From NCBI RefSeq assembly GCF_003790525.1, contig NZ_CP033635.1: a DNA stretch of 64,000 nucleotides, one strand, 5' to 3'. The notes beneath the pieces are model-generated. The model saw only the letters and a list, made by a program, of their open reading frames with translations. It searched no databases and was not told the DNA's origin. Made by a program: the position numbers and the translations under genes. Numbering within the stretch: the first letter of the stretch is position 1; each line of letters starts with the position of its first letter. Shown in pieces: positions 23,618 through 33,660 of the stretch. Source of the DNA: Escherichia coli. Lineage in GTDB: Bacteria > Pseudomonadota > Gammaproteobacteria > Enterobacterales > Enterobacteriaceae.

Positions 23618-24493
23618 ATGACCAGTAGCTATCTGCATTTTCCGGAGTTTGATCCGGTCATTTTCTCAATAGGACCCGTAGCGCTTCACTGGTACGGCCT
23701 GATGTATCTGGTGGGTTTCATTTTTGCAATGTGGCTGGCAACACGTCGGGCGAATCGTCCGGGCAGCGGCTGGACCAAAAATGAAGTTGAAAACTTACTC
23801 TATGCGGGCTTCCTCGGCGTCTTCCTCGGTGGACGTATTGGTTATGTTCTGTTCTACAATTTCCCGCAGTTTATGGCCGATCCGCTGTATCTGTTCCGTG
23901 TCTGGGACGGCGGCATGTCCTTCCACGGCGGCCTGATTGGCGTTATCGTGGTGATGATTATCTTCGCCCGCCGTACTAAACGTTCCTTCTTCCAGGTTTC
24001 TGATTTTATCGCCCCACTCATTCCGTTTGGTCTTGGTGCCGGGCGTCTGGGCAACTTTATTAACGGTGAATTGTGGGGCCGCGTTGACCCAAACTTCCCG
24101 TTTGCCATGCTGTTCCCTGGCTCCCGTACAGAAGATATTTTGCTGCTGCAAACCAACCCGCAGTGGCAATCCATTTTCGACACTTACGGTGTGCTGCCGC
24201 GCCACCCATCACAGCTTTACGAGCTGCTGCTGGAAGGTGTGGTGCTGTTTATTATCCTCAACCTGTATATTCGTAAACCGCGCCCAATGGGAGCTGTCTC
24301 AGGTTTGTTCCTGATTGGTTACGGCGCGTTTCGCATCATTGTTGAGTTTTTCCGCCAGCCCGACGCGCAGTTTACCGGTGCCTGGGTGCAGTACATTAGC
24401 ATGGGGCAAATTCTTTCCATCCCGATGATTGTCGCGGGTGTGATCATGATGGTCTGGGCATATCGTCGCAGCCCACAGCAACACGTTTCCTGA
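23618..24493 (+). CDS. lgt: Prolipoprotein diacylglyceryl transferase
   Basis: 291-aa membrane [37 protein letters not shown]... Confidence 0.9.
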
Positions 24494-24499
24494 GGAACC

Positions 24500-25294
24500 A
24501 TGAAACAGTATTTAGAACTGATGCAAAAAGTGCTCGACGAAGGCACACAGAAAAACGACCGTACCGGAACCGGAACGCTTTCCATTTTTGGTCATCAGAT
24601 GCGTTTTAACCTGCAGGATGGATTCCCGCTGGTGACAACCAAACGTTGCCACCTGCGTTCCATCATCCACGAACTGCTGTGGTTCCTGCAGGGCGACACT
24701 AACATTGCTTATCTACACGAAAACAATGTCACCATCTGGGACGAATGGGCCGATGAAAACGGCGACCTCGGGCCAGTGTATGGTAAACAGTGGCGCGCCT
24801 GGCCAACGCCAGATGGTCGTCATATTGACCAGATCACTACGGTACTGAACCAGCTGAAAAACGACCCGGATTCGCGCCGCATTATTGTTTCAGCGTGGAA
24901 CGTAGGCGAACTGGATAAAATGGCGCTGGCACCGTGCCATGCATTCTTCCAGTTCTATGTGGCAGACGGCAAACTCTCTTGCCAGCTTTATCAGCGCTCC
25001 TGTGACGTCTTCCTCGGCCTGCCGTTCAACATTGCCAGCTACGCGTTACTGGTGCATATGATGGCGCAGCAGTGCGATCTGGAAGTGGGTGATTTTGTCT
25101 GGACCGGTGGCGACACGCACCTGTACAGCAACCATATGGATCAAACTCATCTGCAATTAAGCCGCGAACCGCGTCCGCTGCCGAAGTTGATTATCAAACG
25201 TAAACCCGAATCCATCTTCGACTACCGTTTCGAAGACTTTGAGATTGAAGGCTACGATCCACATCCGGGCATTAAAGCGCCGGTGGCTATCTAA
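24500..25294 (+). CDS. thyA: Thymidylate synthase
   Basis: 264-aa [34 protein letters not shown]..., catalytic Cys region [13 protein letters not shown]. Confidence 0.9.
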
Positions 25295-25315
25295 TTACGA
25301 AACATCCTGCCAGAG

Positions 25316-25343
25316 CCGACGCCAGTGTGCGTCGGTTTTTTTT
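25316..25343 (+). terminator. Intrinsic terminator after thyA
   Basis: CCGACGC-cagtgt-GCGTCGG followed by TTTTTTTT. Confidence 0.65.
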
Positions 25344-25478
25344 ACCCTCCGTTAAATTCTTCGAGACGCCTTCCCGAAATTTTGCAATGTCCTGCAACGG
25401 CGTAAATAGTCCGGAAGATGCGCCGAAGAAATAGAAACTGGCCCTCGTCTTTTTTTCTCCTCGCTCCATACTGCCGGC

Positions 25479-25949
25479 ATGAAAACACAACGTGGTTATA
25501 CGCTGATTGAAACGCTGGTCGCGATGCTGATTCTGGTCATGCTAAGCGCAAGTGGGCTCTATGGCTGGCAATATTGGCAGCAGTCGCAACGGCTTTGGCA
25601 AACCGCCAGCCAGGCGCGGGACTATTTGCTCTATTTACGTGAAGATGCCAACTGGCATAACCGCGACCACAGTATCAGTGTTATCAGGGAGGGGACGTTA
25701 TGGTGCCTTGTGAGTTCCGCTGCTGGGGCCAATACCTGTCATGGCAGTTCACCATTGGTCTTTGTGCCACGCTGGCCCGAAGTCGAAATGAGCGATCTGA
25801 CACCTTCGCTTGCTTTCTTTGGCCTGCGCAATACCGCATGGGCCGGGCATATTCGCTTCAAAAACTCAACGGGCGAGTGGTGGCTGGTGGTTTCGCCGTG
25901 GGGAAGACTCCGGCTTTGTCAGCAAGGAGAAACAGAAGGATGCCTGTAA
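25479..25949 (+). CDS. ppdA: Prepilin-peptidase-dependent protein A (type IV pilin-like)
   Basis: 156-aa ORF with N-terminal prepilin motif [13 protein letters not shown]. Confidence 0.85.
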
Positions 25950-26503
25950 AAGAGCAAGGTTTTTCTCTGCTGGAAGTGTTGATTGCTATGGCGATCAGTA
26001 GCGTATTGTTGCTGGGGGCTGCACGCTTTCTGCCTGCGTTACAGCGTGAAAGTTTAACGAGCACCCGTAAGCTGGCGCTGGAAGATGAAATCTGGCTGCG
26101 GGTATTTACCGTCGCGAAGCATCTCCAGAGGGCGGGTTATTGTCATGGCAGCTGTACCGGCGAAGGGCTGGAAATTGTCGGACAGGGTGACTGTGTCATT
26201 GTGCAGTGGGATGCGAACAGTAACGGTATCTGGGATCGCGAACCGGTAAAAGAGTCCGACCAGATTGGATTTCGTCTGAAGGAGCATGTGCTGGAAACGC
26301 TACGCGGTGCGACATCCTGTGAAGGTAAGGGCTGGGATAAAGTGACTAATCCGGATGCCATCATTATCGACACTTTTCAGGTCGTACGTCAGGATGTCAG
26401 CGGCTTCTCGCCGGTGTTGACGGTTAATATGCGTGCTGCCAGTAAGTCTGAACCGCAAACCGTGGTGAATGCCAGCTATAGCGTGACAGGATTCAACCTG
26501 TGA
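25940..26503 (+). CDS. ppdB: Prepilin-peptidase-dependent protein B
   Basis: ORF 25700..26503; chosen start is the internal ATG at 25940 ([26 protein letters not shown], prepilin-like N-terminus), overlapping the ppdA stop. Confidence 0.8.
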
Positions 26504-26907
26504 ACCGCGAAAAGGGGGGCTCGTCACTGGCTCTGGTCCTGATGCTGCTGATTTTGGGTAGCTTGCTATTACAAGGAATGAGTCAGCAGGATCGCAGTTT
26601 TGCCTCTCGCGTGAGCATGGAAAGTCAGTCATTGCGCCGCCAGGCCATCGTTCAGTCGACGCTGGAGTGGGGAAAAATGCACTCCTGGCAGACACAGCCC
26701 GCAGTTCAGTGCTTACTGTACGCTGCCACCGGTGCCCGGGTTTGTCTGCGTTTATTGGCAGATAATGAGGCTTTATTGATTGCCGGTTATGAAGGCGTTT
26801 CGTTGTGGCGAACAGGCGAAGTCATCGATGGAAACATTGTTTTTTCGCCACGCGGCTGGAGCGATTTTTGTCCGCTGAAAGAGAGGGCGTTATGTCAGCT
26901 TCCCTGA
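26500..26907 (+). CDS. ygdB: Pilin-like hypothetical protein YgdB
   Basis: 135-aa ORF overlapping the ppdB stop; N-terminal hydrophobic segment. Confidence 0.8.
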   Translation: MNREKGGSSLALVLMLLILGSLLLQGMSQQDRSFASRVSMESQSLRRQAIVQSTLEWGKMHSWQTQPAVQCLLYAATGARVCLRLLADNEALLIAGYEGVSLWRTGEVIDGNIVFSPRGWSDFCPLKERALCQLP

Positions 26908-27215
26908 AGAATCAACAAGGCTTTAGTCTGCCGGAGGTAATGTTGGCGATGGTGTTGATGGTGATGATTGTCACTGCGTTATCGGGTTTCCAGCGAACAT
27001 TAATGAACAGTCTTGCCAGCAGAAACCAGTACCAACAGCTCTGGCGGCATGGCTGGCAGCAAACGCAACTGCGTGCGATTTCGCCACCTGCCAACTGGCA
27101 GGTCAACCGAATGCAGACATCGCAGGCGGGATGTGTCAGCATCAACGTTACGCTAGTTTCACCCGGGGGCAGAGAAGGCGAGATGACCCGCCTGCATTGC
27201 CCGAATCGTCAGTAG
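26892..27215 (+). CDS. ppdC: Prepilin-peptidase-dependent protein C
   Basis: Internal ATG at 26892 of ORF 26805..27215 gives [21 protein letters not shown] (prepilin motif). Confidence 0.8.
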   Translation: MSASLKNQQGFSLPEVMLAMVLMVMIVTALSGFQRTLMNSLASRNQYQQLWRHGWQQTQLRAISPPANWQVNRMQTSQAGCVSINVTLVSPGGREGEMTRLHCPNRQ

Positions 27216-27227
27216 TCAGGAGCCGCT

Positions 27228-30200
27228 ATGTTAAGGGTCTACCATTCCAATCGTCTGGACGTGCTGGAAGCGTTGATGGAGTTTATTGTCGAACGCGAAC
27301 GGCTGGACGATCCTTTCGAACCAGAGATGATTCTGGTGCAAAGTACCGGTATGGCGCAGTGGCTGCAAATGACCCTGTCGCAAAAGTTTGGTATTGCGGC
27401 AAACATTGATTTTCCGCTGCCAGCGAGCTTTATCTGGGATATGTTCGTCCGGGTGTTACCGGAAATCCCCAAAGAGAGCGCCTTTAACAAACAGAGCATG
27501 AGCTGGAAACTGATGACTCTGCTGCCGCAACTGTTGGAGCGCGAAGACTTTACCCTGTTGCGGCATTATCTGACTGACGATAGTGACAAGCGAAAACTGT
27601 TCCAGCTTTCTTCAAAAGCGGCGGACCTGTTTGACCAGTATCTGGTCTATCGTCTGGACTGGCTGGCACAGTGGGAAACAGGACATCTGGTAGAAGGGTT
27701 GGGAGAAGCACAGGCCTGGCAAGCGCCGTTGTGGAAGGCGTTGGTGGAATATACCGACGAACTCGGGCAACCGCGCTGGCACCGCGCCAATCTCTATCAG
27801 CGCTTTATCGAAACGCTGGAGTCCGCGACGACCTGCCCGCCGGGGCTACCTTCGCGCGTCTTTATATGCGGTATTTCCGCGTTACCGCCTGTTTATCTCC
27901 AGGCGCTACAGGCGCTGGGTAAACATATTGAAATCCATCTCCTGTTTACCAACCCCTGCCGTTATTACTGGGGCGACATTAAAGATCCTGCTTATCTGGC
28001 GAAACTGCTGACTCGCCAGCGCCGACACAGTTTTGAAGATCGCGAATTACCGTTATTTCGCGACAGCGAAAATGCCGGACAGCTCTTTAACAGCGATGGT
28101 GAACAGGATGTCGGTAACCCGCTGCTGGCCTCATGGGGCAAGCTTGGGCGCGACTACATTTATCTTCTTTCTGACCTGGAGGGCAGCCAGGAGCTGGACG
28201 CTTTTGTCGATGTGACGCCAGACAACCTGCTGCATAACATTCAGTCTGACATTCTGGAACTGGAAAACCGCGCCGTTGCGGGTGTGAACATCGAAGAGTT
28301 TTCCCGTAGCGATAACAAACGCCCGCTTGATCCACTGGATAGCAGTATCACCTTCCACGTTTGCCATAGCCCGCAGCGTGAAGTTGAAGTTTTACACGAT
28401 CGCTTGCTGGCGATGCTGGAGGAAGACCCGACACTTACTCCGCGCGACATCATCGTGATGGTGGCCGACATCGACAGCTACAGTCCGTTTATTCAGGCAG
28501 TGTTTGGTAGCGCACCTGCGGATCGTTACCTGCCTTACGCCATTTCCGACCGTCGTGCGCGGCAGTCACATCCGGTACTGGAAGCGTTTATCAGCCTGTT
28601 ATCACTGCCTGACAGTCGCTTTGTGTCAGAGGATGTGCTGGCGCTGCTGGATGTGCCGGTGCTGGCGGCGCGGTTTGACATCACCGAAGAAGGGCTGCGT
28701 TATTTACGTCAGTGGGTCAACGAATCTGGCATTCGTTGGGGGATAGATGACGACAACGTTCGCGAGCTGGAACTCCCCGCCACCGGACAACACACCTGGC
28801 GATTTGGCCTGACGCGTATGTTACTAGGCTACGCGATGGAGAGCGCGCAGGGCGAGTGGCAATCGGTTCTACCTTATGATGAATCGAGCGGCTTAATTGC
28901 AGAACTGGTGGGGCATCTGGCTTCACTGCTAATGCAGCTAAACATCTGGCGTCGCGGGCTGGCGCAGGAGCGTCCGCTGGAAGAGTGGTTGCCGGTTTGT
29001 CGCGATATGCTCAACGCCTTCTTCCTGCCGGATGCGGAAACCGAAGCGGCGATGACGCTGATCGAACAACAATGGCAGGCGATTATCGCCGAAGGTTTAG
29101 GTGCGCAGTATGGCGACGCGGTGCCGCTGTCACTATTGCGTGATGAACTGGCACAGCGCCTGGATCAGGAACGTATCAGCCAGCGTTTTCTCGCCGGACC
29201 GGTTAACATTTGTACTCTGATGCCAATGCGTTCCATCCCATTCAAAGTGGTTTGCCTGCTGGGAATGAACGACGGCGTTTATCCACGCCAGCTTGCGCCA
29301 TTGGGCTTTGACCTGATGAGCCAGAAACCGAAGCGTGGCGACCGTAGCCGTCGCGATGACGACCGCTATCTGTTCCTGGAAGCGTTAATTTCCGCGCAGC
29401 AAAAACTCTATATCAGCTATATCGGGCGTTCTATTCAGGATAACAGTGAACGTTTCCCGTCGGTACTGGTGCAGGAACTGATCGACTACATCGGGCAAAG
29501 CCATTATCTACCGGGCGATGAAGCGCTCAACTGTGATGAAAGCGAGGCAAGGGTAAAAGCACATCTTACTTGCCTCCATACCCGAATGCCGTTTGATCCA
29601 CAAAACTACCAGCCAGGCGAACGACAAAGCTATGCTCGTGAATGGCTACCCGCGGCCAGCCAGGCTGGTAAAGCACATTCTGAATTTGTTCAGCAGCTGC
29701 CGTTTACCTTACCGGAAACCGTGCCGCTGGAAACGCTACAACGATTCTGGGCACATCCGGTGCGGGCATTTTTCCAGATGCGTTTGCAGGTGAACTTCCG
29801 TACCGAAGACAGCGAAATCCCCGACACCGAGCCATTTATTCTGGAAGGACTTAGCCGTTATCAAATCAATCAGCAGTTATTGAATGCACTGGTTGAGCAG
29901 GATGATGCCGAACGCTTGTTCCGCCGCTTCCGGGCGGCAGGGGATTTACCGTATGGCGCTTTTGGTGAAATTTTCTGGGAAACACAGTGCCAGGAGATGC
30001 AGCAGCTTGCCGACAGAGTCATTGCCTGTCGCCAGCCGGGGCAGAGTATGGAAATTGACCTCGCCTGCAACGGTGTGCAGATAACTGGCTGGTTGCCGCA
30101 GGTGCAGTCGGATGGCCTGTTGCGCTGGCGTCCCTCTTTATTAAGTGTGGCGCAGGGAATGCAACTTTGGCTGGAACACCTTGTCTACTGTGCCAGCGGT

Positions 30201-30596
30201 GGTAATGGTGAAAGTCGCCTTTTTCTACGCAAAGACGGCGAGTGGCGTTTTCCGCCGCTTGCAGCCGAACAGGCTTTACATTACCTCTCACAGCTGATTG
30301 AAGGGTATCGTGAAGGAATGTCCGCGCCATTGCTGGTGTTACCTGAAAGTGGCGGCGCGTGGCTAAAAACCTGTTATGACGCGCAAAACGATGCCATGCT
30401 GGATGACGATTCCACGTTGCAAAAAGCCCGAACGAAATTCCTTCAGGCTTACGAAGGCAACATGATGGTGCGTGGCGAAGGTGATGATATCTGGTATCAA
30501 CGGCTCTGGCGGCAATTAACACCAGAGACAATGGAGGCCATCGTTGAACAGTCGCAACGTTTCCTGTTACCGCTGTTTCGCTTTAATCAGTCATGA
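27228..30596 (+). CDS. recC: Exodeoxyribonuclease V gamma subunit
   Basis: 1122-aa ORF MLRVYHSNRLDVLEALMEF... Confidence 0.9.
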   Translation: MLRVYHSNRLDVLEALMEFIVERERLDDPFEPEMILVQSTGMAQWLQMTLSQKFGIAANIDFPLPASFIWDMFVRVLPEIPKESAFNKQSMSWKLMTLLPQLLEREDFTLLRHYLTDDSDKRKLFQLSSKAADLFDQYLVYRLDWLAQWETGHLVEGLGEAQAWQAPLWKALVEYTDELGQPRWHRANLYQRFIETLESATTCPPGLPSRVFICGISALPPVYLQALQALGKHIEIHLLFTNPCRYYWGDIKDPAYLAKLLTRQRRHSFEDRELPLFRDSENAGQLFNSDGEQDVGNPLLASWGKLGRDYIYLLSDLEGSQELDAFVDVTPDNLLHNIQSDILELENRAVAGVNIEEFSRSDNKRPLDPLDSSITFHVCHSPQREVEVLHDRLLAMLEEDPTLTPRDIIVMVADIDSYSPFIQAVFGSAPADRYLPYAISDRRARQSHPVLEAFISLLSLPDSRFVSEDVLALLDVPVLAARFDITEEGLRYLRQWVNESGIRWGIDDDNVRELELPATGQHTWRFGLTRMLLGYAMESAQGEWQSVLPYDESSGLIAELVGHLASLLMQLNIWRRGLAQERPLEEWLPVCRDMLNAFFLPDAETEAAMTLIEQQWQAIIAEGLGAQYGDAVPLSLLRDELAQRLDQERISQRFLAGPVNICTLMPMRSIPFKVVCLLGMNDGVYPRQLAPLGFDLMSQKPKRGDRSRRDDDRYLFLEALISAQQKLYISYIGRSIQDNSERFPSVLVQELIDYIGQSHYLPGDEALNCDESEARVKAHLTCLHTRMPFDPQNYQPGERQSYAREWLPAASQAGKAHSEFVQQLPFTLPETVPLETLQRFWAHPVRAFFQMRLQVNFRTEDSEIPDTEPFILEGLSRYQINQQLLNALVEQDDAERLFRRFRAAGDLPYGAFGEIFWETQCQEMQQLADRVIACRQPGQSMEIDLACNGVQITGWLPQVQSDGLLRWRPSLLSVAQGMQLWLEHLVYCASGGNGESRLFLRKDGEWRFPPLAAEQALHYLSQLIEGYREGMSAPLLVLPESGGAWLKTCYDAQNDAMLDDDSTLQKARTKFLQAYEGNMMVRGEGDDIWYQRLWRQLTPETMEAIVEQSQRFLLPLFRFNQS

Positions 30597-30771
30597 GTGC
30601 TGTATAAAAATTGCGCAATATATCTGCTTGCTTTATGATGCGCACCAGTCACGGACTGATGGATATATAGACATAGGCTGACTCGTGCAGCACAAGATTA
30701 AATTCTGGCAGATGATTTGCGTTAACCTGTTGAATCTGGCCAGAAAATAAAGTTGATTATGAGGTCCGTGA

Positions 30772-33660
30772 ATGCCCCGCAGCATCTGGTTCAAAGCATT
30801 ATTGTTGTTTGTTGCCCTTTGGGCACCCTTAAGTCAGGCAGAAACGGGATGGCAGCCGATTCAGGAAACCATCCGTAAAAGTGATAAAGATAACCGCCAG
30901 TATCAGGCTATACGTCTGGATAACGGTATGGTGGTCTTGCTGGTTTCTGATCCGCAGGCGGTTAAATCGCTCTCGGCGCTGGTGGTGCCCGTTGGGTCGC
31001 TGGAAGATCCCGAGGCGTATCAGGGGCTGGCGCATTACCTTGAACACATGAGTCTGATGGGGTCGAAAAAGTACCCGCAGGCTGACAGTCTGGCCGAATA
31101 TCTCAAAATGCACGGCGGCAGTCACAATGCCAGCACGGCACCGTATCGCACGGCTTTCTATCTGGAAGTTGAGAACGACGCCTTGCCCGGTGCGGTAGAC
31201 CGCCTGGCGGACGCTATTGCAGAACCCTTGCTCGACAAGAAATACGCCGAACGTGAACGTAATGCAGTGAATGCCGAATTAACCATGGCGCGTACGCGTG
31301 ACGGGATGCGCATGGCACAGGTCAGCGCAGAAACCATTAACCCGGCACACCCCGGTTCAAAGTTTTCTGGTGGTAACCTCGAAACCTTAAGCGACAAACC
31401 AGGTAATCCGGTACAGCAGGCGCTGAAAGATTTCCACGAGAAGTACTATTCCGCCAATCTGATGAAGGCGGTTATTTACAGTAATAAACCGTTGCCGGAG
31501 TTGGCAAAAATGGCGGCGGACACCTTTGGTCGCGTGCCGAACAAAGAGAGCAAAAAACCGGAAATCACCGTGCCGGTAGTCACCGACGCGCAAAAGGGCA
31601 TTATCATTCATTACGTCCCGGCGTTGCCGCGTAAAGTTCTGCGCGTTGAGTTTCGCATCGATAACAATTCAGCGAAGTTCCGTAGTAAAACGGATGAATT
31701 GATTACCTATCTGATTGGTAATCGCAGCCCAGGTACACTTTCTGACTGGCTGCAAAAGCAGGGATTAGTTGAGGGTATTAGCGCCAATTCCGATCCTATC
31801 GTCAACGGCAACAGCGGCGTATTAGCGATCTCTGCGTCTTTAACCGATAAAGGTCTGGCGAATCGCGATCAGGTTGTGGCGGCCATTTTTAGCTACCTCA
31901 ATCTGTTACGCGAAAAAGGGATTGATAAACAATACTTCGATGAACTGGCGAATGTGCTGGATATCGACTTCCGTTATCCGTCAATCACCCGTGATATGGA
32001 TTACGTCGAATGGCTGGCAGATACCATGATTCGCGTTCCTGTTGAGCATACGCTGGATGCAGTCAATATTGCCGATCGGTACGACGCTAAAGCAGTAAAA
32101 GAACGCCTGGCGATGATGACGCCGCAGAATGCGCGTATCTGGTATATCAGCCCGAAAGAGCCGCACAACAAAACGGCTTACTTTGTCGATGCGCCGTATC
32201 AGGTCGATAAAATTAGCGCACAAACTTTCGCTGACTGGCAGAAAAAAGCCGCCGACATTGCGCTCTCTTTGCCAGAGCTTAACCCCTATATTCCTGACGA
32301 TTTCTCGCTGATTAAGTCAGAGAAGAAATATGACCATCCAGAGCTGATTGTTGATGAGTCGAATCTGCGTGTGGTGTATGCGCCAAGCCGTTATTTTTCC
32401 AGCGAACCCAAAGCTGATGTCAGCCTGATTTTGCGTAATCCAAAAGCCATGGATAGCGCCCGCAATCAGGTGATGTTTGCGCTCAATGATTATCTCGCAG
32501 GGCTGGCGCTTGATCAGTTAAGCAACCAGGCGTCGGTTGGTGGCATAAGTTTTTCCACCAATGCTAACAACGGCCTTATGGTTAATGCCAATGGTTACAC
32601 CCAGCGCCTGCCGCAGCTGTTCCAGGCATTGCTCGAGGGGTACTTTAGCTATACCGCTACGGAAGATCAGCTTGAGCAGGCGAAGTCCTGGTATAACCAG
32701 ATGATGGATTCTGCAGAAAAGGGCAAAGCGTTCGAGCAGGCGATTATGCCCGCGCAGATGCTCTCGCAAGTACCATACTTCTCGCGAGATGAACGGCGCA
32801 AAATTTTGCCCTCCATTACTTTGAAAGAGGTGATGGCCTATCGCGACGCCTTAAAATCAGGGGCTCGACCAGAGTTTATGGTTATCGGCAACATGACCGA
32901 GGCCCAGGCAACAACGCTGGCACGCGATGTGCAAAAACAGTTGGGCGCTGATGGTTCGGAGTGGTGTCGTAACAAAGATGTCGTGGTCGATAAAAAACAA
33001 TCCGTCATCTTTGAAAAAGCCGGTAACAGCACCGACTCCGCACTGGCAGCGGTATTTGTACCGACTGGCTACGATGAATACACCAGTTCAGCGTATAGTT
33101 CTCTGTTGGGGCAGATCGTACAGCCGTGGTTCTACAATCAGTTGCGTACCGAAGAACAGTTGGGCTATGCCGTGTTTGCGTTTCCAATGAGCGTGGGGCG
33201 TCAGTGGGGCATGGGCTTCCTGTTGCAAAGCAATGATAAACAGCCTTCATTCTTGTGGGAGCGTTACAAGGCGTTTTTCCCGACCGCAGAAGCGAAACTG
33301 CGGGCGATGAAGCCAGAAGAGTTTGCGCAAATCCAGCAGGCGGTAATTACCCAGATGCTGCAGGCACCGCAAACGCTCGGCGAAGAAGCATCGAAGTTAA
33401 GTAAAGATTTCGATCGCGGCAATATGCGCTTCGATTCGCGTGATAAAATCGTGGCCCAGATAAAACTGCTGACGCCGCAAAAACTTGCTGATTTCTTCCA
33501 TCAGGCGGTGGTCGAGCCGCAAGGTATGGCTATTCTGTCGCAGATTTCCGGCAGCCAGAACGGGAAAGCCGAATATGTGCATCCTGAAGGCTGGAAAGTG
33601 TGGGAGAACGTCAGCGCGTTGCAGCAAACAATGCCCCTGATGAGTGAAAAGAATGAGTGA
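30772..33660 (+). CDS. ptrA: Protease III (pitrilysin), periplasmic M16 zinc metalloprotease
   Basis: 962-aa ORF with signal peptide and inverted zinc motif HYLEHM. Confidence 0.9.
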   Translation: MPRSIWFKALLLFVALWAPLSQAETGWQPIQETIRKSDKDNRQYQAIRLDNGMVVLLVSDPQAVKSLSALVVPVGSLEDPEAYQGLAHYLEHMSLMGSKKYPQADSLAEYLKMHGGSHNASTAPYRTAFYLEVENDALPGAVDRLADAIAEPLLDKKYAERERNAVNAELTMARTRDGMRMAQVSAETINPAHPGSKFSGGNLETLSDKPGNPVQQALKDFHEKYYSANLMKAVIYSNKPLPELAKMAADTFGRVPNKESKKPEITVPVVTDAQKGIIIHYVPALPRKVLRVEFRIDNNSAKFRSKTDELITYLIGNRSPGTLSDWLQKQGLVEGISANSDPIVNGNSGVLAISASLTDKGLANRDQVVAAIFSYLNLLREKGIDKQYFDELANVLDIDFRYPSITRDMDYVEWLADTMIRVPVEHTLDAVNIADRYDAKAVKERLAMMTPQNARIWYISPKEPHNKTAYFVDAPYQVDKISAQTFADWQKKAADIALSLPELNPYIPDDFSLIKSEKKYDHPELIVDESNLRVVYAPSRYFSSEPKADVSLILRNPKAMDSARNQVMFALNDYLAGLALDQLSNQASVGGISFSTNANNGLMVNANGYTQRLPQLFQALLEGYFSYTATEDQLEQAKSWYNQMMDSAEKGKAFEQAIMPAQMLSQVPYFSRDERRKILPSITLKEVMAYRDALKSGARPEFMVIGNMTEAQATTLARDVQKQLGADGSEWCRNKDVVVDKKQSVIFEKAGNSTDSALAAVFVPTGYDEYTSSAYSSLLGQIVQPWFYNQLRTEEQLGYAVFAFPMSVGRQWGMGFLLQSNDKQPSFLWERYKAFFPTAEAKLRAMKPEEFAQIQQAVITQMLQAPQTLGEEASKLSKDFDRGNMRFDSRDKIVAQIKLLTPQKLADFFHQAVVEPQGMAILSQISGSQNGKAEYVHPEGWKVWENVSALQQTMPLMSEKNE

